A stretch of 64,000 bases of DNA, from positions 74,710,001-74,774,000 of the forward strand of contig NC_043002.1 of assembly GCF_006345805.1 (NCBI RefSeq), written 5' to 3'. The stretch is from Octopus sinensis. Lineage: Eukaryota. Below the pieces are notes generated by a model. It had not been told where the DNA came from. It ran no database searches and worked only from the letters and a program-made list of their open reading frames with translations. Made by a program: the position numbers and the translations under genes. Numbering within the stretch: the stretch's first letter is position 1; each line of letters begins with the position of its first letter. Shown one piece after another: positions 11,286 through 22,849 of the stretch.

Positions 11286-12929
11286 GTAATTTTCATTATG
11301 TGGTTTCCTTTTTTTTTTATTTCCTCCCTCCTCTCCCCTTGCTTTCTCCCTCCCCTTCCCCTCCCTTTCTTCCCATCACCTCCTCTCTCCTATACCTCTC
11401 TCTAGTGATCACTCTCCCTCCTTCCCCTTTTGTCTTTCCCCTACTCACTCTTTTCTCTCTTTCATACACCTCTCCTCCTCCCTCTGTCCCCATCCTTTTC
11501 CTCTTCCATGCCTTGTTGTCCCTCTATGCTCCCACATTTCTCCTCTCTCATCCCTCATTCTCCACTCTCTGCAATTCCTTATGTAGTCATTTGTTGTTTA
11601 ATAATTTTTATGTCCATTTTCCCTAGCAAGCATGGGTTAGACAAATATTTCATTGAGACATTGTTTTACAGCTGAATGTCCTTTCCCGTGCTAACTCTTA
11701 CCCGTTTAAAAAATTTTTTTTTTACAAGTAATCTCTTATTTCACACAACTTCAAAGGCACAAAACCAGCAGATGATTTGTTGACAGGAGAAATAACAACG
11801 TCACTCCTTGTAGCTCGCAATTTTCAGAGAGGTGCAAATGTAGACAAACTCATATACATGCTCATGCAAATTGACACATACACACACACACACTCTCTCT
11901 ATCTCTCTCTCTCACACACACACACATACACACACACACACATAATGAGCCTCTTTCAGGCCACATCTACCGAATCCACTCACGAGGCTTTAGTTGACTG
12001 GTGACTAATAGAAGACACTTGCTCAAGGTACCATGCAGTAGGACTGAACCTGAGGCCACATCGTTGGAAAGCTAACTTGATAAATGCTCAGTCATGCCTG
12101 TGCCTATCTCTTTTAATTTCCTTCTTGTTTTATGATTTCCGTTAATAATTTTTAATTTTTGAACTTTTTTTTTTAAAAGATTTTATATCACCTTTAATTA
12201 TTTTTATTTCACGAACTTACATTTCATGACTATTAATCTGACACAGTTAAAAGAGGAAGTTGATGGGGAGTATGCAAAGCATTAAACTAATTCATTTTAC
12301 TTCCATAAAAACGACTTATCTATTTATTTTGTTCCTAATTTTCTAAACTTTCAAAAATTCAGTACAATCCTTTCGTTCACTTTTTCTTCTTATTTTTATT
12401 GCCTTCAGCCACTAAACTGATTTCCATTTTATTTATTTTTCCACAGCTTCTTATTTCATTTTTGTCAAACTATTATTTGTTAAAGAACACAAACATTTTT
12501 TTCCCCTGAAGAATTTAAAACAAATATTGTAAATATTAGCCTACATTCTTGATTCACTGATTAGGAAGTGAATTATACTATTGATGTCATGCCTTTATAC
12601 ACTGTGTATTTTTTCTTCTTTTTTTTTTTTCTTTTGTTATGAAAATGATTTCCTTAGCGGAAGTGCTTATTGCTTCTAGTATCTTGCATGTCACAATCTT
12701 CCATGATGTGAACTTTAATGAATTTAATGTTTAAGGTGATGCTAGTGTTTCTGATAGAACCAGGAAGCTGTTGCTCTCATTATGAGCCAAAAATGTTTTA
12801 ATAGAGAAAGATGAATTGATAGAAATATATAAAAGAATTGTGTTTGTGTATGTATGTGTGTGTATGTATATATATATATGTGTGTGTGTGTGTGTGAGTA
12901 TACATGTACCTCTGTATGAGTGTACATAC

Positions 12930-13170
12930 ACCTGTGTGTGTGCATACATGCACCTGTGTGTGTGTGCATGTGTGTATATATAAATATACATACACACACT
13001 TATATACATATACTACACACCTGCATGTATGAGTGTACATACACCTGTGTGTGTGTGTGTGTGCATACATGCACCTGTGTGTGTGCGTGCATACATGCAC
13101 CTGTGTGTGTGCGTGCATACATGCACCTGTGTGTGTGCGTGCGTGCATACATGCACCTGTGTGTGTGTGT
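12930..13170. repeat. Minisatellite with ~22-26 bp unit GTGCATACATGCACCTGTGTGTGTGC
   Basis: At least four consecutive units at 13061-13170 plus earlier partial units. Confidence 0.9.
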
Positions 13171-14545
13171 TATTTATCATCCATGCTCCATGTTGGCTTA
13201 GGTTGGATGGTTTAGCAAGAATCTGCATTGTACTCCAGTGTCTGCTTTGGCAAGGTTTCTATGGCTGGATGCCCTTCCTAATGCCAACCACTTTACAGTG
13301 TGTACTTGGTGCTTTTTTCATGTCACCAGCAGTATTGAGGTCACCATGTACCTCACAAGTCTACATATCCAAGGTGTTTGGTGAAGCATCCTTGTGTTAG
13401 ATGGGAATTAAAGTATGTGAGGTTGGGGTAGAACAAGTTCTTGTAGAGAAGTTACATGTCTACTCACATTTAGGAGAGAAAGTAAGAATGAATTGAAAGA
13501 AATAGACAGTGGTGATGAGGTGCCCAAGTGGGATCTCAGGTAGGAAGAGTAGTAGTGGGTAGGGGTTTACAAGAGTGTATGGGGGTAGAGATAGGGGAAG
13601 TGGGTGAGAGGAAGGTAGGTGGACAGCGTTCTGTAAATATTGGGAAGGGATGAACGGATGTGGTGCTTGAGTTGTGGAGGCTAGAGGGATGCTAGCAGCA
13701 AAGTTATAGTGAAGATATCGTTGACAGGAGCAGAGTAGAAAGATAGAGATATAGTGCATGAGGAGTGATTATTTGGTGGTCCAAGGAGAGGGGATAGGAA
13801 GGCCGCTGTTCTCCTTACTGTGGGTGTGGCTCAGGACCTTGAGGTCAGCCTTCACCACTTCATCCCATGTCTTCTTGAGTCTTCTTTCTTTACAGGCCCC
13901 AGCCACATTTAGTGATCAGTACTTTGTACAGCTGTCTTCATCCACACTCATTATGTGTCTGCACCAGTGCAGTCTTCTTGCACATTGCATCTGATTCCTC
14001 TTATGCCCATCTGTCTCTCAGCACATTTATGCTATGTTAAGGCATATTTACATATCCAATAATGCATGCTTGTTTCATTTCTTTCCAATCTGCTCAGGTC
14101 CTTTGCATTCAAGGCTCATATCTCATTACCATGCAGCATTGCAAGTCAGACACAAGCATCATACAATCTGCCTTTCACTCTGTGGGAAAAGACCTTTGTT
14201 GCCAGCAGTGGTAGTGGCTCCCTAAATGTTTTTGAACTTGTCCTTAACCTGGTTACTATACATTCACAACAACTATCTCCCTTACTGATGACATCTTCTA
14301 TGTAGCTCTAGTGAGCCATCTGGGCATTCAAGGAGTTCTATTTCTGGTGTGTTCATGGGACATACTGTTTCAGTGCATCTATCACATATGAAGCTTATGT
14401 TCTCTGATAGTCTGCCTGTGATTGCTCTACATCCAATACTTTATATTCGATGCAGTGTATGGACCTTATACTTACTCCTTTTCTGTATATCCAGCAAAGC
14501 CATTTCTGTGTGGGTACCAGGGTTCTGCCTTCTTTCCTACCAATG
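13170..14545 (-). mobile_element. Old RTE LINE 3' fragment (ORF2 end plus 3'UTR)
   Basis: Collinear, heavily mutated similarity to 29290-30100 (e.g. the KTWDEVVKADLKVL region) and the shared RTE tail at 13170-13330. Confidence 0.8.
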
Positions 14546-14711
14546 AGTTTTTTGATTGAACATTAGGATGCTCATATGAAATCCATGGGAAAGTCCATCA
14601 TAAAAATGTTAAATTAGCACTTATATATAGTCTCATAGTTATCCATTTTTGTAATCAGTTCCCTGCCTCCCATTTGAAATTAATCAAAATCTGTATTTTA
14701 TTTGATTTCAG

Positions 14712-15203
14712 GTGGTGAAGACATTATTGAAGAGGATGATATGTTGACCGAGGAATCTGACGATGACCTTGGCAGTTACTTGGAACATGATTCAGATTCT
14801 GATCTCTCTGACACACTGATCGATGGGCAGGATTTGCCCTCAAACTTCTCATTAACTGGCAAAAATAACCAGCTTTTGACAAACGGCGCAGGACTAATTG
14901 ATTTTCGTTCCAACATTGCTGCAGTTGCAGCTGCAGCTGAAGCTGTTGCTGCAGCTTCTGGTGTTAATGGTAGCTGGAACATTAGGCATTCAAATTCTTG
15001 CAACTCTAATATTTGGACTGATGCTGCCACCAATGTCAGTCTTGTCCATTTTTCTACTGAACTCTTGTCTACATCTGCAACATTCCTTGGACAGAAATTG
15101 GAGCTCAATCTCAAAAACTCCAAAGTGGGCACATCAGATAACAGTGTGGATTACACTTCGTACAAAGACAATAACTATGAACTGAAGAATATGATGCTTT
15201 CTG
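14712..15203 (+). CDS. SMG5: SMG5 internal exon E (acidic, Ser- and Ala-rich linker)
   Basis: TTTCAG acceptor, CTG|GTATGT donor, 492-nt stop-free frame GGEDIIEEDD...AAVAAAAEAVAAASG...MMLSG. Phase 1 to 1. Confidence 0.87.
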
Positions 15204-17280
15204 GTATGTATTTAATTATTTCTGTTTTTTGTTTTTCTTGACTGACTTTGCTTTTGGAGCAGTTTTTCTTTCTTCTTATAGTAACTTTTTTTTTTAAGGT
15301 TGATCTGTCATATGTAATCGTGTAGTCATTGTGCAGAAACCAGTGTGTGTGTGAGTGTGTGATGTATATCAACAAAGAAGCTAAAAATTAGCAAGAAACT
15401 TGCAAAACCAAAGCCTTGCAAGTGAAAGGCCTTTGCAATATTTGTTAGTGATGTGTTACATTTGGAAGAGCCATTAGAGCATTGAAGAGACAGCCTTGCA
15501 GTATTCAGTTCTGGCTTTGTGTTCTGAGATCAAATTCTGCTATGGTCAACTTTGCCTTTCATCATTTTGAGGTTAATCATAAAGTACCAATCCAGGTTGG
15601 TGGACTGTCAGAATTGTTTAGAGAGGTGGGCAAGATGATATGCAGTACTTGTTCTGACCCTTTGCATTTTGACAGCAATGCTTATGATAACAGTGACACC
15701 AAATCAGCAGCCTTTCTCTTGGGTAAATGTCAGTGATATGGAGTGGAAAGACTTGCATTTACAGACAGCAGCATGTGTTACTCAAAAAAAATCTTGTCCA
15801 GGATTGCACATATATGTGCAAATGCATGGTCAGACAGACCACCTTGTAACATCTGTTTAGGCCGTTTGCATTCTGATAGTAATACTTGTAATAATATTGG
15901 TGCAAAATCTTGGCACTTGTATCATCATCTTTCCATTGGACAACATCAGTAGCACGGAGAATAAACCTTTGTGGGCATGGGCAACTACTGGTCTTCCATA
16001 AAAACAACATTGGTGAGATGCAGGTCTGAGCAATCTGCAAATCTGTTGTTTTATGAGATGTGTATGAGAGATATTTGGTTATCCAGTTGGGAAAGATAGA
16101 GGGTGCTGATACATCTTCACTACCATCCTTTATCTTTTCCAACTGGGGTAACTGTGTATCTCACCCTGTTCCTGTTCTCTTATCATGCTTTAATCTCTCA
16201 TCACCTGGTATAAAGCCACCTTCCTCAATACTACTCTCCATGCAATTGAGAGATCTTGTGAGTTACTTGGTGACCTTACTAGTGTTAGGACTATGTAAAA
16301 AGCTCCCAGAAAGACTCTAAAATGATTGGCATTAGAAAGGGCATCCAGTCATAGAAACCATGCTAAAGCTGACATCAGAGTTTGATGTACTCCTCTGGCT
16401 TTTCAGATCCTATCAAATTGTCCAACACATACCAGCATGGGAAATAGACATTAAATGATGATGATAATGATCTGGTGACTTCTGGTACTTAAATGTAGCA
16501 GCAATTTTTATGTCATTAGACAAGAAAATATTGTGTGAATTATGTAACTTAAATTCATGTGATTAACAAAAGAGAATTATTTATCATTAAAACACTTTTT
16601 GAAAGTAAAACTTTGTTCCATGATTGCTCTCAAAGTTTTCTAAATATTTGTGCTCTTATGTATGTGTCTTATGGGAAATGTAAAGAAGTTATGTCCTTTA
16701 ATTCTAAAAGCGTTACCATAGCCCATGAGACTCATTAGAGGTGTGGTTATTACTAGCATAGAATTGGTTTTGGAATTTGTAATCCTCTCAACTACCCTTA
16801 TTTATGTTTTTGTTTTGTCTCAAGTAATTCAATGCTGTTTTAGTTACGTTCCTTCTAGCAAAGTTTTGAAATGAAACAGTACAAAGAAGTATCCATTGTT
16901 CCACATGTATTTTTTTGTATATAATTAGAAGAAATATTTTTAGTTATATAGTTAATTGAGACAGTTAATAGCCCTCATGCTGTCTTTGGCATCAAAAAGA
17001 ATTTCTTATTTTAAGACTTAACTGCATTTTAAATGAATCTCTGAAGAGTAATCAAGACACTATTATCAAGAATGTGACCCAGGTGGATTGAAATACACAG
17101 TGCTAATAATAACATTTAGTTGTAAATAGGAAAATATTATCAATGACTTAGTTGAATCTAATACTGAGTTATTTTGCATTTGGTGTTTTCAGTTGACTGG
17201 AAATTTTTTTTTTTTTTTGCAAAACATATCCAAAAATGTCTCTTGGCATTTTGATAATTTCTGTATTCATAATTTACTAG

Positions 17281-17385
17281 GTTATAACTCTGTAGAAGAT
17301 TGGCATTCTGCTGAAATAACTCAGAAGCTTCATGATTTTGTGATAGAAACTGATACTGAGACAAGCCGTGGACCTACAGATACCG
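17281..17385 (+). CDS. SMG5: SMG5 internal exon F (symmetric linker exon)
   Basis: ACTAG acceptor, CCG|GTAAGA donor, open frame GYNSVEDWHSAEITQKLHDFVIETDTETSRGPTDT. Phase 1 to 1. No recognisable homology, so support comes from splice signals only. Confidence 0.72.
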
Positions 17386-18031
17386 GTAAGAAATTCCAGT
17401 TAGTTATTTATAACCATTTTTTCAATTAACTCAATGATACTTGTTGAAAACACTTATTTTGCTTTTTATTTCTTTGCATTTAATTTTTGTATTGAAAGGC
17501 TGCTTACCTCATAGGGTGCAGATCAGAGAACAGGATATGAAGAAAATATAAAGAAGGCCTATAAGCTGGTAAAATAGTTATCAGTTAATAGAGAATCTGC
17601 ACAGTTTTGCAGTGTGGCGTCTTCCCATTTTTCTCAGTCCTTTGTCCATTTGACTTTGGTAATCCAATGTCTTTAGATCTAACCTCATTTGAATATATCT
17701 TTGCCATGTGCATCTTCCGAACTAATTCACACATCTTTGAGAGCAAAATTATCCATCTATAGTTGATTGATATTATTGAATTTCAATAAGTGCTTGAGAA
17801 ATTAAGATTCTTGCAATCCATGAAGCGAATGGGACATAAGGCAGGAATCAAAATCAAATCATTGATATTGATTTAGCTCACAGGGAGCTTACATCTTCGG
17901 TACAATGCTCATCATTGTGACTCAGATTAATCACTTTATTAACATTTCTCAGAATTGTAAACTCTGTTTCTTTTTTATCATTCTTTTCTTTGAGCGATTG
18001 TTTCTCATGTAATTATTGCTTTTTTTTTCAG

Positions 18032-18086
18032 AATTGTCTAGCGCTCTGAGTGAAACAGATGCTGAAGGAGATACCCAGTTAGATAG
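18032..18086 (+). CDS. SMG5: SMG5 internal exon G
   Basis: T-tract and CAG acceptor, TAG|GTAAAG donor, ELSSALSETDAEGDTQLDR. Its phase 1 to 2 change is required to put exon H in frame. Confidence 0.82.
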
Positions 18087-18424
18087 GTAAAGATATTATT
18101 TCATCAGTATTTCATATTCATCATCATTTAACATCCACTTTTCTGTGCTTGCATGGGTCAGATGAAATTTGTTGAGGCAAATTTCCATGGCCAGATGCCC
18201 TTCCTGTTGCCAATGCTCAGCTGTTTGCAAGCAAGGTAATATTTCCCATGGCCCCAATTTTTTTTTCATAGAAGATTGGAAACAATCAACATCGAGCAAC
18301 ATAAAGTATTCTTTTATCTAGGTGGCCAAATTTGGAATAGAAGTGTCTTTTCCAAAGGCATTGTAGCCAGAATAACAACAGGATTTTCTCTTTGTTTTAA
18401 TGAAAGTAGATTACCTGTTACTTG

Positions 18425-18845
18425 TGCTTGAAGTTGTTGCTGTATGGTAGTGAAACATGGGCATTGACTACATAGGATGAGTGGTGATTAGAAGCTTCCC
18501 TGGGTGTATCATATTTGTGTGCATGAATGACAGAGCACAAATGAACTGAAAGAGAAGCTAGGTATAAGAGGAGGCAGATGTAGTGTGTAAGGGGGCAAGA
18601 TTGCACTGGTACAGACATGTGATATATATGGAGGGTGACACTTAAATATAGAAGTGTTTAGAAAGGAAGGAACTTTAGAGTGGAAGGAACTTGTGGAAGC
18701 ATTGATAGAAGTGGTACAAACTGACCTATGGATGCTGAACATCATAAGATAGTGAATGATAAGTGGAGAGACATTCTGTTGGAGAAGACTCATCTGTCCC
18801 ATGCAAGCATGGAAAAATGGATGTAAAATGACTATGGTGATGAGG
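18425..18845 (+). mobile_element. Decayed RTE ORF2 C-terminal fragment with tail
   Basis: LLYGSETWAL motif followed by a stop-riddled frame and a CCCATGCAAGCATGGAAAA tail. Confidence 0.7.
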
Positions 18846-19207
18846 AAGAGTTCATTAAACACTACCATAACATAAAAAATCATATGTGGTACTTTAAAAC
18901 AAGGAGGTTCCTGTTTTGCTAATTTTCCATTTATTTACTTCAAGAATAATAAAGAACCATTTACTACACACACACACACACACACACTGTATCCCTTTTT
19001 GGTCTCTTTTCATCTCTTTCTGTATTTTGATATTATATATGTATTTACTTGTCTACAAGATGCACTCATGTATAAGTCTCACCCAAGTTTTATCAATCAA
19101 AATCAAATATAGTGTGACCTACACATGAATAAACATGGTGTGTGTGTGTATGCATGCACACACACACACACAAATATAAACTGAATTATATATTTTGTTT
19201 TATTCAG

Positions 19208-19337
19208 GAATGAAAATGACCGTCTGCATTTACAACATGTCATTGAAGTAATTCAAAACGAAGGCTTGCTCCATGTTGTTAAAGTGTTGTGTGATTGGAT
19301 GAAGTGTCATGCCAGCGTGATCACAACCTGTGCACAG
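19208..19337 (+). CDS. SMG5: SMG5 internal exon H
   Basis: TTCAG acceptor, CAG|GTAGGT donor. NENDRLHLQHVIEVIQNEGLLHVVKVLCDWMKCHASVITTCAQ resembles human MAEGLLPAVKVFLDWLRTNPDLIIVCAQ. Too short to appear in the ORF track. Confidence 0.95.
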
Positions 19338-20310
19338 GTAGGTGGTTGATATATTTTCTTTTCTGATTATTCCATCAAAACCTCATTGTGCTTAGCGAAA
19401 CCCTGTGAATAATACTATATTATTCATGCTAGCATAGCAAAAATATCAAATATATATATATATATATATTTCTATATACTAACTTAAAAGCTGCCCAATA
19501 GGGTGTCTTTTAAGCTAGCTCCTGTGGAGGGCTCTGCATTGGGCCTTTGGCCCAATAATGACACTTCATGCATTGAGTACATATTAAATTATTAAGCTTG
19601 ACCAATATTTTTCAAGCAATGAACAATTATATATTATATCTAATTATAAACAATTATATATTATAATCAAAACAATGATATAATTTGTTGACTTGGAACT
19701 TATTGCAAAGCTTCATGATAAACACCACTTTTTGTCTTCCCATTTGGGGGTTAGTACAATTTTTCTCTCTTTCTTTCTTTCTCTCTCTCTCTCTCTCTCT
19801 CTTTTTCTGTTGTTTGTTTTCAATCATCACTATCACCACAATTGCCATATACACACCATTCAATCTTTTGACGCCACCACCATCCACACCTTTGACTGCG
19901 CTGCCTTTCCTTCCATCACCATTACCACTCTTTCACATCCCTCACTATCACCGTCATGCTTGACCACCTTAGCTACTACTACCACCCCCGTCGCCTCGCC
20001 TCTATCACAACTACTACTCACTATTACTATTACTCCATTACCATCTCAACTGCCAATCTACTACTGCCCTCACCGTCTCTATGCCTACTATTACTCTCAC
20101 CCCCCGCAAGAGTAGAAGAAGTGTCACTGAATAGTGAGAGATGGGGTTAAAGTGTGACACACTGACACACAGAAATTCATTTTGGCATTTATTATTATAG
20201 ATATGTCTGTTTCTTGAGGACAGTACGAGATTAGTGCTTAGAGCTGGTGCATCACATCTTTTACAGATATCTACTATCATAGCTTTGTGAGTGAAATTAA
20301 CACACACACA

Positions 20311-20507
20311 CACGAGGAGGTGCTGAAAAGTTCCTGGTTTTGGGTAAAAGAAAATACAGGAGGATCAGTTAATTAAGATTTTATTTAACATATTTTCCTC
20401 TCAGATTCACACACTTATTGTAGCAGTCCTTAATTTTTTTCTAAGCCCTGTAAAAGAACATTGGAAAATTGGGCCTTCAACCAGGCCTTTCACGATACCT
20501 CCTCATA
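20311..20507. mobile_element. Mariner-type MITE with partly deleted right TIR
   Basis: Left end CACGAGGAGGTGCTGAAAAGTTCC. The right end keeps only ACCTCCTCATA, complementary to the outer part of the left end. Confidence 0.65.
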
Positions 20508-20802
20508 CACACACAGTAATGACAAGCAGAAAATCACTTGACTGGTAGTGTTTCATCACCTTTTTATCATCCACTTTTCCACATTCACCTGAGTTGGACA
20601 CTTTATTGAGGTAGTTTTCCTACAGCCTGATACCTTTTCTGTCACCAACCCTCATCTGTTTCCAAGCAAAGTAATATTTTTTCATGGTTGAACTTGTTTC
20701 AGCAAAATATTGGAAATGAATAACACTTATTTACAACATTCACACAATGTCAAGACAAAAACATACATGCAATCACACACATTTACATACCCAGGCATAC
20801 AT

Positions 20803-21790
20803 CATCATCATCATCATCACCACCATCATCATCATTGTTTAACGTCCGCTTTCCATGCTGGCATGGGTTGGATGGTTTGACAGAGGACTGGCAAGGTGGG
20901 AAGATGCACCAAGCTCCAATCTGATCTGGCAAGATTTCTACAGCTTGATGCCCTTCCTAATGCCAACCATTCCGAGAGTGTAGTGGGTGCTTTTTATGTG
21001 CTACTGGCACGGGGGCCAGTCAGGTGGTACTGGCGAAATATATACACATATATCATTGTTTGTTTAACGTCCGCTTTCCATGCTGGCATGGGTTGGACGA
21101 TTTGTCTGAGGACAGGCGAACCAGATGGCTGCACCAGGCTCCATTCTGATCTGGCAGTTTCTACAGCTAGATGCCCTTCCTAATGCCAACCACTCCGAGA
21201 GTGTAGTGGGTGCTTTTACGTGCCACCAGCACGAGGGCCAGTCAGGTGGTACTGGCAACGGCCACACTCAGATAGTGTTTTTTATGTGCCACCTGCACAG
21301 GAGCCAGTCTAGCAGCACTGGCAATGACCTCACTTGAATGTTTTTTCACGTGCCACCGGCACAAGCATCAGCAAGGTGACTCTGATAACGATTACACTGG
21401 AATGGTGCTTTTTTATGTGCCACCTGCATGGAAGCCAATCAGCTGCTCAGGCAACGATCATGCTCGGATGGTGCTCTTAGTGCTCCACTAGGACAGATGC
21501 CAGTCATTGAATTTGATTTCGATTTCACTTGCCTCAATAGGTCTTCACAAGCAGAGTTTAGTGTCCAAATGAAGGAAAGGTATGCATAAGTGAGCTGGTT
21601 ACACCCCTGGGAAAGGCCATGGGTTATGGTCTCACTTGGCTTGCCGGGTCTTCTCAAGCACAGCATATTTCCAAAGGTCTTGGTTACTAGTGAGGCCTAA
21701 TGTTCGAAGGTCGTGCTTCACCACCTCATTCCAAGTCTTCCTGGGTCTACCTCTTCAATAGGTTCCCTCAACCGCTAGGGTGTGGCACTT
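20803..21790 (-). mobile_element. Two tandem RTE 3' fragments (20803-21040 tail only; 21052-21790 ORF2 end plus full 3'UTR)
   Basis: (CAT)n tails. Minus strand encodes KCHTLAVEGT*RGRPRKTWNEVVKHDLRTLGL, homologous to 29950-30050. Confidence 0.88.
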
Positions 21791-21792
21791 AC

Positions 21793-21848
<56 letters not shown>

Positions 21849-22817
21849 ATATATATATATATATACATACATACACACACATATATACATTTATACATGC
21901 ATACATATATACATTTATATGACAGGCTTCTTTCAGTTTCCATCTTCCAAATTGAATGGCCAGGAGCTATAGCAGATGACACTTGCACAAAGTGCCATGC
22001 AATAGGACTGAACCTGAACTATGTGCTTGGGAAGCAAACGGCTTAATCACATAGCCATGTTTGCTAGTAATTTCTGTGTTTGTATGACTGTGTTTGGCAA
22101 AAAAGCCTCAGGTTTTGACAGTTCAATGTCTTTCTGTAAGTCTCAGTTGTGTGTGTCTATGGTTAGCCATATAGAAAATAGTCCTGTAGCCCCTAGCTTT
22201 ATATTGAAACAGTTGCTTGAACCTAGTTGTTCAGGTTGAGTAGACTTATGATCAGACATACTAACCATGATCATCTCACCTTTTCAGATATAGTTTATCT
22301 CAGATTACATTTTCCTTTTGTAAAGATGGCAGAAGGTGATTTGAGAGTAAGTTAGCTGTTATTTCTTGCGGATTGAGCTACATGCCCACATAGTGGGTCA
22401 CTTCATAATATATGCAAAAGTCAAGTTAGGCTGACCGTGTTCCTTTCTCTCTTGGCTATTTTGACTAAGATCAGAAACCATGAGAGCGAAGAATAACAGA
22501 ACTGAATTAAATTGAAATGCTCTGACCAGGAATTGAACTTGCAGCACAGACGCAGTTTGCCGAAAGCTTAATACCTCTTTTCGGCACTTGCATGAATAAA
22601 TGTATAAAAAATAGTCTGTCTTTAAGTAACAAGTTAATACTTTTCATGATTTTTGCTTTCTGATCTCCCACCAGCTACCCTCGTCTCATTAATTGGATTG
22701 ATAAACTGATTTCAGATGAAACTGAAATGCTACAAATAATCTCTATCAAGACTATTTTGTTTTTGTGTGTATTTACTTCGTTTTCGCTTTATGTTTATTT
22801 TTTTGAAGTTGCTTTGC

Positions 22818-22849
<32 letters not shown>

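Noticed and set aside
15676-15722. AG/GT-bounded 47-nt candidate SMG5 exon
   Set aside because: Its phase 1 to 0 change is incompatible with exon F, and exons E to H already join in frame.
20201-20285. Open AG...GTGAGT unit (ICLFLEDSTRL...) after exon H
   Set aside because: No SMG5 similarity, and it ends in a phase that breaks exon I. The true next exon is 36147-36225.
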